This document shows, in pieces, positions 57,063-64,000 of a DNA stretch of 64,000 bases (positions within the stretch are counted from its first letter, which is position 1; the number at the start of each line of letters is the position of its first letter). A program made the translations under genes and the position numbers. The stretch is from an uncultured Gammaproteobacteria bacterium. GTDB lineage: Bacteria; Patescibacteriota; Microgenomatia; Levybacterales; GWA1-39-11. Under the pieces are notes generated by a model. That model searched no databases. It was given only the letters and a program-made list of their open reading frames with translations, and was not told the origin of the DNA. The stretch covers positions 119,303-183,302 of the forward strand of contig CAYRUR010000001.1 in the NCBI GenBank assembly GCA_964427615.1. Reading direction: 5' to 3'.

Positions 57063-57869
57063 ATGACTGATTCTCATTGTCATTTAAATTTTGAAGCCTT
57101 TTCAACCGATGTTGAGGAAGTAATTAAGCGAGCTCAAGACGCAGGAGTAAAAAGAATTGTCAATGTCGGCACAAAATTAGACTCAAGCAAATGGGCGGTA
57201 GATTTAGCTCATCAGTATCAAGGACTTCTGGCTATTGTCGGTATTCACCCACACCACGCTGATAAAGTAGAAAAAGGTTGGGAAAAAGAACTTAAAAATC
57301 TGGCACAAGATACAAAAGTCATTGCTATTGGAGAAATTGGACTTGATTATTTTAGTTATAAATCAAATGGTGTGGTAGATCCTAAAGTGCAAAGAGAGGT
57401 TTTTGAAACACAAATTGCTCTAGCTCACTCATTGCATCTTCCACTTCAAATTCATACCCGTCTGGCTTGGGATGATGTGTACGAAGTATTATCTTCTCAT
57501 CGTAATATATTGCAAAGCGTTCCCGGTATGTTTCATTGTTTTTCAGGAGACATTGCTTTTTTAAAGAAGGTCTTGGACTTAGGGTTTTATGTAGGGTTTG
57601 ATGGAAATGTTACTTACCCTGGGGTGCCAAAAGGAGAAACAACTGCTATAAAAGAGCTTGCATTATATGCTCCTGCTGATAGAATACTAATAGAAACAGA
57701 TAGCCCTTATTTGACGCCTGTGCCTATGCGTGGATTAAGAAATGAGCCAAAGCATGCTATAATTGTGGCAGAGTATCTTGCTAAGCTAAAACAAATCCCA
57801 TATCAAGATTTCTGTTATCAGCTGGAGAACAATTTTGAAACATGTTTTGCGTTAAAAGGAGAACAGTAG
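57063..57869 (+). CDS. tatD: TatD-family metal-dependent DNase/hydrolase
   Basis: DSHCHLNF start, and the HxH / E / H / H / D metal-ligand pattern (IGEIGLDY, HCFSG, IETDSPYL). Confidence 0.85.
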   Translation: MTDSHCHLNFEAFSTDVEEVIKRAQDAGVKRIVNVGTKLDSSKWAVDLAHQYQGLLAIVGIHPHHADKVEKGWEKELKNLAQDTKVIAIGEIGLDYFSYKSNGVVDPKVQREVFETQIALAHSLHLPLQIHTRLAWDDVYEVLSSHRNILQSVPGMFHCFSGDIAFLKKVLDLGFYVGFDGNVTYPGVPKGETTAIKELALYAPADRILIETDSPYLTPVPMRGLRNEPKHAIIVAEYLAKLKQIPYQDFCYQLENNFETCFALKGEQ

Positions 57870-57872
57870 TGT

Positions 57873-59369
57873 ATGATGTACGATTTTTTTGATAATTTTT
57901 TTCAGAGGCATCCGGTAAAATCAATTCGATTGTTGGAGATTATTCCTCCGGTTGCTTCTCTTTTTTTAATTAGCCTTCCGTTTTGGGGCTCTTTAGTATT
58001 TCCTATTTTTGTTGCCTACTTTATTATTTTCTTTGATATCTACTGGCTGTATAAATCATTTACGTTGGCAGTATACTCTTACTTTGGAACGCGTAAAGTA
58101 AACGAGGCAGAAAAAGCTGACTGGTTGGCCAAAGCTAAAGGTTGTAACAACTTTGAAAAAATACATCATATTATTGTTATTCCCAATTACAAAGAAAAAA
58201 TAGAAAAGTTGCGGGAAACACTTGAGACTCTAAAGTTACAAACCTTTCCTCATAAAAGAATTCATATTTTTCTTGCTATGGAAAATCGGGAGAAAGAAGC
58301 TTCTCAAAAAGCAAGAACCTTACAAAAAGAATTTCAAAATGACTTTGGAGGAGTATATTACACCATGCATCCTATCAAAAAAGGTGAAGTAGCAGGTAAA
58401 TCATCAAATCAAGCATATGCTGCTCGAAGAGCTTATGAGACTCTTGTTGCAGAGAAAAAATTAGACATCAATTACCTTACGATTTCCTCAACTGATGCTG
58501 ATGCCAAATTTGATCCTCAATACTTTGCCTATCTTTCTTATGGTTTTCTGACAAGTGAAGAACCTCATTTGCGTATTTGGCAGTCTGCCATTGTTTTTTA
58601 TAATAACTTTTGGCAAGTACCTTCCTTTACTCGGATTATCTCATTTTTTGGTAGCCTATGGAGAACAGCACTCTTGCTGCAGCAAGTAAAACTCTTGCCT
58701 CATGCTACTTACTCACTATCATTTAAACTCTTAAAAGATATTGGTTATTGGGATACTGATGTGATCCCAGAAGATTACCGAACCTTTTTTAAAGCCTTTT
58801 TTAAAACACAAGGAAAGGTGGAGGTTGAGCCCATTTTTCTCAAAACGTCTGTTGATGCTGCTCAGTCTTCCACTTATAAAAGCAGTCTTATGAATCGATA
58901 TCATCAAGAAAGAAGATGGTCATGGGGAGTCTCAGACGTAGCAGTGTATTTTAAATGGGGGTTGACGGTAAAGGGAGTTTCTTTTTGGCGCAAGGCTTTT
59001 CTACTGGGAAATGTGTTAAGTGACCATGTCTTGTGGCCTGCGTACTGGTATATTATTACGATTTCTGCAAACTTAGTCGTTATCTTTAACCCAGTATTTA
59101 GTAGAACAAGTTTGGGATACATGTTGCCTCGTGTTTCTGGTCTTATTTTAACGGTCTGTTTGCTTTCTTTACTTATTATGATTTATGTTGATTATATCTT
59201 GCAGGCGCGTCATACAAAGCCATCCAAAGTGCGCAGGCTTATTTTTCCTTTTGAATTTTTACTCATGCCAGTTGCAGGATTTTTTCTTTCCTCTCTCCCT
59301 GCACTTATTTCCCATGTACAGCTTATTATGGGAAAACGGCTTGAATATAAAGTTACTGAAAAAGTATGA
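57873..59369 (+). CDS. Membrane-embedded GT2-family (GT-A fold) glycosyltransferase
   Basis: N-terminal transmembrane helices; IVIPNYKEKIEKL...; TISSTDADAKFD (DxD); QxxRW-like RRWSWG; and C-terminal transmembrane helices. The architecture resembles processive or integral GT2 synthases. Confidence 0.55.
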   Translation: MMYDFFDNFFQRHPVKSIRLLEIIPPVASLFLISLPFWGSLVFPIFVAYFIIFFDIYWLYKSFTLAVYSYFGTRKVNEAEKADWLAKAKGCNNFEKIHHIIVIPNYKEKIEKLRETLETLKLQTFPHKRIHIFLAMENREKEASQKARTLQKEFQNDFGGVYYTMHPIKKGEVAGKSSNQAYAARRAYETLVAEKKLDINYLTISSTDADAKFDPQYFAYLSYGFLTSEEPHLRIWQSAIVFYNNFWQVPSFTRIISFFGSLWRTALLLQQVKLLPHATYSLSFKLLKDIGYWDTDVIPEDYRTFFKAFFKTQGKVEVEPIFLKTSVDAAQSSTYKSSLMNRYHQERRWSWGVSDVAVYFKWGLTVKGVSFWRKAFLLGNVLSDHVLWPAYWYIITISANLVVIFNPVFSRTSLGYMLPRVSGLILTVCLLSLLIMIYVDYILQARHTKPSKVRRLIFPFEFLLMPVAGFFLSSLPALISHVQLIMGKRLEYKVTEKV

Positions 59370-60883
59370 ATAGAGCAAAATCTTTCTTAGGGAAAAAAGC
59401 ACAATTTTTACAAAAGGAAGTTGTGTTTTTACCTCTTTGCCTTATTACCTTTATTTTTCTGCGAATGCCTTCTTTATGGGAACCTGCTTGGTATGGGGAT
59501 GAGGCAATTTATCAAGTGATTGGGATGGCACTTAATGAGGGAAGAGTGTTATATCTTGATATTTGGGACAACAAACCCCCTCTTTTGTACTGGATATACG
59601 CCTTTGCCCATGCTGATCTTTTTTCAGTGAAGTTATTATCTCTTTTAGCTGGATTACTTTCTGTTATTGTTTTTTTCTTGTTGGCAAAGGTGGTGCTCAA
59701 GAAAACACCGGCAGTTTATCTAGCAACAGCAGTGTACAGCGTATTATTTGGCCTACCCTTATTAGAAGGCAATATTGCTAATGCAGAAAATTTTATGCAT
59801 CTTCCTATTTTTCTTGCTTTTTTTATATTACTTTTTTCCTTGCAAAAAATATCAGGTCGATCTTATACCAAAAAGTTGTTTTTTCCTTTTGCGTTTGCCG
59901 GGTTATTATTATCAATTGCGTTTAGTATTAAAATAGTGGCTCTTTTTGATTTTTTGGCACTTTTTATCATGGCTTTTACCATGATGCTTCCTGAAAAAAT
60001 ATCCCTGCAAAGTATTACAAAAATGGTGTGGGAAAAAGGTCACCTTTTTCTTATTTTTCTTTTATCTTTTACTGTTACGCCACTTCTTTTTATACTTTAT
60101 TTTGCTTATCATCATGCTTTGGCTGAGTATTTGGCAGGGGTATATTTTTCCAATGTTGGTTATGTAAATGTAGAAAATCATTTTATTATCCCGCTGGGAC
60201 TGGTGAGTATTAAAGCAATAGTAGCTTTTATTGCCATAGTGTTAGTAGTCTTGTCTCGTAAAAGACTGTCCATGAGTGGTCTGGTGATTTACATTTGGTG
60301 TATCTTTTCTCTTTTTAGTACCTTTTTTTCTGATAGACCTTACACCCATTACATGTTGATGTTTCTCCCTGCATTTTCTTTGCTTTTAGGTTATGTAATA
60401 CAAGTAAAGAAAAAAGCACAAATAGTTGCTATGAGTATCGTAGTAGGGAGTACAGTGCTTCTTTGGTGGCAGTTTCCTTTGTATACTAAAGTGGGTGCTT
60501 ACTATCAAAATGCGGTTGATTTTGTTCTTCGTACCAAGTCAGTTGAAGCATACCAAGCCTTTTTTGATGCCAGTACTCCTCAAGATTATGCACTTGCTCA
60601 ATTTATTCAAAGTTACACTACAAAAAACGATACTATATTTGTGTGGAGCGATCATGCTCAAATCTATTCGTTATCAGATAAGCTGCCTCCTGGAAAATAT
60701 GCAGTTGCATATCACATTACGTTTTATGAGAATGCTCTCAAACAAACACAAGATGTTTTATCTTTCACTCGTCCTAAGTTAATTATTCAAACTAAAAACA
60801 CGCCTGAAATAAAATACTTTTTGCCAGGATATCGTTTACAGTATAAAATGGGAGAAGCTTTAATTTATGAAAGAGAAATTTAA
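59366..60883 (+). CDS. ArnT/PMT-like GT-C glycosyltransferase (polyprenyl-phosphate-sugar dependent)
   Basis: First-loop acidic motif PAWYGDEAIYQVIGMAL...DIWDNKPPLLYW, typical of ArnT/GT39/GT83 enzymes. About 12 transmembrane helices. Confidence 0.55.
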   Translation: MNRAKSFLGKKAQFLQKEVVFLPLCLITFIFLRMPSLWEPAWYGDEAIYQVIGMALNEGRVLYLDIWDNKPPLLYWIYAFAHADLFSVKLLSLLAGLLSVIVFFLLAKVVLKKTPAVYLATAVYSVLFGLPLLEGNIANAENFMHLPIFLAFFILLFSLQKISGRSYTKKLFFPFAFAGLLLSIAFSIKIVALFDFLALFIMAFTMMLPEKISLQSITKMVWEKGHLFLIFLLSFTVTPLLFILYFAYHHALAEYLAGVYFSNVGYVNVENHFIIPLGLVSIKAIVAFIAIVLVVLSRKRLSMSGLVIYIWCIFSLFSTFFSDRPYTHYMLMFLPAFSLLLGYVIQVKKKAQIVAMSIVVGSTVLLWWQFPLYTKVGAYYQNAVDFVLRTKSVEAYQAFFDASTPQDYALAQFIQSYTTKNDTIFVWSDHAQIYSLSDKLPPGKYAVAYHITFYENALKQTQDVLSFTRPKLIIQTKNTPEIKYFLPGYRLQYKMGEALIYEREI

Positions 60884-61220
60884 AATACTAACCAGTGACA
60901 AAACTATCAAATATTCACTTATCGTGTCAATAATTGTGTGGTTATTAGCAACAGTAATGATTGCTGTTTTACAAACCATGTTGCCACCACTTATTCCTTT
61001 TTTTAACAGCATGCCATGGGGAGAAGAACGGCTTGCTAGTTCCTGGTGGGTTTTGTCTTTACCTGTTATTTTTTTATGTATTCTGGTTGCCAATTATATT
61101 CTCAGCGGATTTTTTTATAAAAATCATCCTTTAATGGCGCGTTTACTCGTTTTTAATGCTTTGCTTTTTTTGCTACTGGGATTGCTCGCTTACTTGCAAA
61201 TTGTATTCCTGGTATTATAA
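60867..61220 (+). CDS. Small three-helix membrane protein
   Basis: 117 aa, hydrophobic. Overlaps the upstream gene by 17 nt. Confidence 0.35.
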   Translation: MKEKFKILTSDKTIKYSLIVSIIVWLLATVMIAVLQTMLPPLIPFFNSMPWGEERLASSWWVLSLPVIFLCILVANYILSGFFYKNHPLMARLLVFNALLFLLLGLLAYLQIVFLVL

Positions 61221-61225
61221 ATACT

Positions 61226-62281
61226 ATGCAACCTATTTTTATTCTGTCGCTTTTTGCCTCCTTTTTTATAACTGCTTGTCTTATTCCATTAACCATACGC
61301 TTCGCTAAAAAGTACCAGCTAATTGATGACCCAAAGAAGCGTGTTCATCCTGCTGCTGTGCATACCAAACCTATTCCCCGAGCAGGTGGGTTGGCTATTT
61401 ACCTCGGCATATTGGGTGCTAGTCTTATTTTTCTTCCTTTTGATAGAATATTTGGCTCTATTCTTTTTGCTGGAGCTTTAGTTGTTATAGTTGGATTGTT
61501 GGATGATAAATATGATTTATCTCCTTACTTACGGTTTTTAACGAATATTTTTGCTGCTTCTTTTGTGGTATTTCAAGGGATTACGGTCCCTTACATTACC
61601 AATCCTTTTGGCGGATTTTTGGAGTTTGCTAATATGCAGATTTCACTGTTTGGTATGTCTGTATTTTCACTTCCAGCAATTCTTGCGATAGTGTGGATTG
61701 TTTGGGTGATGAATATGCTTAATTGGAGTAAAGGGGTAGACGGACAGATGCCAGGTATTGCAGCAGTTGCTGCTATCGTAATTGGCATAGCCTCACTTCG
61801 TTTTGATACGCTCGCTATGTTGAACATACACACAGCAGTCTTAGCCTTTATTGTGGCGGGAGCTTCCTTAGGCTTTTTACTTTTCAATGTGTATCCTGCG
61901 CGGATTTTTCCTGGGTATAGTGCCACAATTCTGGGCTTTGTTATTGGTATTCTTGCTATTCTTTCGAGTGTAAAATTAGCCACGGCGCTGCTTGTTATGG
62001 GAGTGCCAGCTGCAGATGCTTTATTTACGGTAGTAAGAAGAGTTTTATCCAAGAAATCACCTTTTTGGCACGATAGGGGACATTTACATCATCATCTGCT
62101 CAATTTAGGTTGGGGACATCGGCAGATTGCCTTTTTTTACTGGTCAGTTTCTGTTCTTTTAGGCGTTATAGCACTAAATCTTAGCAGTAAAGGGAAGTTA
62201 TTTGTTATAATCTTAGTGTTGGTTATGGTAACAGGTGGTATCATAGGTTTGAAGATTTTTTTGAAGCAAAAACACACATAA
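61226..62281 (+). CDS. Polyprenyl-phosphate N-acetylhexosamine-1-phosphate transferase (MraY/WecA family)
   Basis: GLLDDKYDL (DDxxD), NMLNWSKGVDGQ, and VYPARIFPG motifs. 351 aa with about 10 transmembrane helices. Confidence 0.75.
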   Translation: MQPIFILSLFASFFITACLIPLTIRFAKKYQLIDDPKKRVHPAAVHTKPIPRAGGLAIYLGILGASLIFLPFDRIFGSILFAGALVVIVGLLDDKYDLSPYLRFLTNIFAASFVVFQGITVPYITNPFGGFLEFANMQISLFGMSVFSLPAILAIVWIVWVMNMLNWSKGVDGQMPGIAAVAAIVIGIASLRFDTLAMLNIHTAVLAFIVAGASLGFLLFNVYPARIFPGYSATILGFVIGILAILSSVKLATALLVMGVPAADALFTVVRRVLSKKSPFWHDRGHLHHHLLNLGWGHRQIAFFYWSVSVLLGVIALNLSSKGKLFVIILVLVMVTGGIIGLKIFLKQKHT

Positions 62282-63226
62282 ATGGAGAAATCGTATTGGT
62301 TTTATGTTTTTAAGCTCTTGCGCCCACGTCAATGGATTAAGAACTTGGCGCTTTTTGCAGCGATTGTTTTTGGTGAATTGCTTTTTGATGTTCCCACTCT
62401 TTTTCAGGTATCTTTAGGGTTTTTTGCCTTTTGTTTTCTTTCCTCAATTACCTATATTATCAATGATATTTTTGATGTAAAAAAGGATCGATTGCATCCC
62501 TTCAAAAAGAATCGACCGATTGCCAGTGGTAAAGTTGCGATTAAAGAGGCTGTTTTTATTCTCCTCATTTTAGTGTTAGGAGTTGTGGTAACTGCAGCTT
62601 CTCTTCCACCTGCTTTTTGGCTAATTGCTCTGTTATATCTGGCTATTCAATTTCTGTACTCTTTCTTTTTTAAGGCAGTAGTTATTTTTGATATTTTTAC
62701 CATTGCGACAGGATATATTTTACGTGTTTTGGCAGGGGAGATAATTACTGGGTACCATATTTCTGTCTGGCTGTTGCTTACCACCATTGCATTGTCACTC
62801 TTTTTGGCAGTAGCAAAAAGAAGGTCTGAACTCACTTTGCTAAAAAGTGTTAAAAGTACTGATATTGCAGAGATTAGAAAAAGTCTTTCTCATTACTCAG
62901 AAGGATTGTTGGATGCTTTCTCTGCAATGTTTGCTACTGCTACTTTTATTTTTTACTCAATGTTTACTTTTTTGGAGAACCCAACAGGCGTAAAAATTAA
63001 CTTAACAGTATTGTTGCCTGATTTTCTGCCATACTATTTACAAAGAAAATGGTTGATGATTACTATCTTTCCCGTAATTTATGGGCTGATGAAGTATTTG
63101 CAAGATGTTTATGAAAAAAATGAAGGAGAAAGTCCTGATAGAGTCATCCTTGCAGATAAATCATTACTTGCTTCAGTAGTACTGTGGGCGTTTCTCGTAA
63201 TTGTTATTATTTACTTTATTGGCTAG
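62282..63226 (+). CDS. UbiA-family decaprenyl-phosphate phosphoribosyltransferase (DPPR synthase)-like enzyme
   Basis: LRPRQWIKNLALFAA...YIINDIFDVKKDRLHPFKKNRPIASG...IRKSLSHYS closely parallels the mycobacterial Rv3806c pattern (IRPRQWVKN...YLVNDVRDVEADREHPTKRFRPIAAG...IRKSLESYT). Confidence 0.7.
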   Translation: MEKSYWFYVFKLLRPRQWIKNLALFAAIVFGELLFDVPTLFQVSLGFFAFCFLSSITYIINDIFDVKKDRLHPFKKNRPIASGKVAIKEAVFILLILVLGVVVTAASLPPAFWLIALLYLAIQFLYSFFFKAVVIFDIFTIATGYILRVLAGEIITGYHISVWLLLTTIALSLFLAVAKRRSELTLLKSVKSTDIAEIRKSLSHYSEGLLDAFSAMFATATFIFYSMFTFLENPTGVKINLTVLLPDFLPYYLQRKWLMITIFPVIYGLMKYLQDVYEKNEGESPDRVILADKSLLASVVLWAFLVIVIIYFIG

Positions 63227-64000
63227 TTTTTGTTGCATAGCGACTACTGATCCATCCAGTAGTATTTTCATCTACTTGTATTTGGTACCAGCCGGTTTGT
63301 TCTTCTAAAAGGGTATATGTTTCTCCTGGTTTTACTTGAGTAATCTCAGAGGAGGAAAGTGAAGCACCACTTCTGACCCGCAGAAAACCAGTAGGAGTGT
63401 CAGAGATGGTCACCTTTTCTTGGTCGTCTTCAATCGACGTTGGAGTGGGTGTGGGCTCTTGAGTGGGGCCAGCAGATTTAAGAATTTCTTCAGTATTACC
63501 TTCTGTTCCTAAGGTTACATTCACAACCACTTTGTAGCCTTCTATGGTTTTGACGCGTAACGTTTTTTTGCTAAACCCCTGTTTTTGGATTTCTATTTCA
63601 TGTTCGGAAGGGGGGATTTTTTTCTGCAAGTAAGGTGTTGCTCCTGAAGGAATGCCATCAATTAATACCATAGCTCCTTCTGGAATAGAGCTAACTAAAA
63701 TCTGTGCATCTTTTGAACCCGCTTTTTCCAAGGTGATAGTAGAAGTACTGGCCAAGGATCCAGGCAAAAAGATTCTTTCTACTGCAGTAAGCAGATCTGG
63801 TTTTACCTCCACTTTGGTAATGAAAGGAGTCATGCTGTTATCTTGGGGAACGAGTTTTATTTCGTATTCTCCTGCTTTAATGGTGTTGTTTTGCTCACAC
63901 TTACAAAAAGGCGTTTCACCTATTTCTTTACCATTAAGAAATACAGTGCTTTTGATGTTAGCAGTAACTTGTAGTCCTCCTTTTTGAGCAGGCCGTAACA
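63216..64000 (-). CDS. PEGA-domain / SH3b-domain secreted protein (3' part; ORF runs off the window end)
   Basis: PEGAMVLIDGIPSGATPY PEGA motif, and a C-terminal GWYQI...GWIS SH3b-like region. The frame stays open upstream to nt 64000, with a second PEGA-like segment. Confidence 0.55.
   Translation of the reverse strand, partial: LRPAQKGGLQVTANIKSTVFLNGKEIGETPFCKCEQNNTIKAGEYEIKLVPQDNSMTPFITKVEVKPDLLTAVERIFLPGSLASTSTITLEKAGSKDAQILVSSIPEGAMVLIDGIPSGATPYLQKKIPPSEHEIEIQKQGFSKKTLRVKTIEGYKVVVNVTLGTEGNTEEILKSAGPTQEPTPTPTSIEDDQEKVTISDTPTGFLRVRSGASLSSSEITQVKPGETYTLLEEQTGWYQIQVDENTTGWISSRYATKTSQ

Overview
This is an AT-rich, gene-dense bacterial chromosomal window. Gene content and style suggest a reduced, Gram-positive-like genome such as a Patescibacteria/CPR lineage; that placement is an inference from gene content only, since no search could be run.

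Recognisable core genes:
- nrdR and a class II B12-dependent ribonucleotide reductase (nrdJ).
- smpB with an adjacent tmRNA.
- tpiA, a UvrD/PcrA-type helicase, rpsT, murJ, lepA, groES/groEL and tatD.
- Two tRNA-Ser and one tRNA-Ile(UAU).

Accessory and unusual content, in window order:
1. 0.3-9.4 kb: a tandem array of four divergent paralogs with VirB2/TrbC-like conjugative-pilin topology, one carrying a Cys-rich N-terminal extension. Next to it sit an AAA+ ATPase fused to an OmpR-type winged helix, a 1199-aa soluble protein with a poly-Gly tract, and a 608-aa VirB6-like polytopic membrane protein.
2. 23-29 kb: a second secretion-like module. It contains a bPH_2 membrane protein, a coiled-coil protein with a SpoIID/LytB-like domain, a small polytopic membrane protein, and a VirD4/VirB4-like ATPase carrying Walker A plus a DPHGD motif.
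3. 13.3-16.8 kb: two cobalamin-riboswitch-like leaders. The first controls a B12 salvage operon (DUF4430-like binder, ECF S-component-like protein, PduO-type adenosyltransferase). The second, with its own terminator, controls an uncharacterised 466-aa Cys-rich protein and a 51-aa zinc-ribbon ORF.
4. 17.7-18.5 kb: a conspicuously GC-rich foreign ORF, close to a GIY-YIG nuclease and the tmRNA.
5. 20.3-20.8 kb: a DUF559 endonuclease gene flanked by imperfect ~36-bp inverted repeats.
6. 29.2-30.3 kb: a free-standing LAGLIDADG endonuclease between two tRNA-Ser genes.
7. 32-46 kb and 57-63 kb: a large envelope-glycan cluster. It includes a decaprenyl-phosphate phosphoribosyltransferase (DPPR synthase)-like UbiA enzyme, a WecA/MraY-family transferase, a GT2 enzyme, at least five GT-C-like polytopic glycosyltransferases (one DUF2298 'YYY'), an LCP ligase, a FemAB-like protein, an SDR epimerase and an FAD oxidoreductase.

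No CRISPR array or rRNA gene was seen. All family assignments rest on motifs read by eye.
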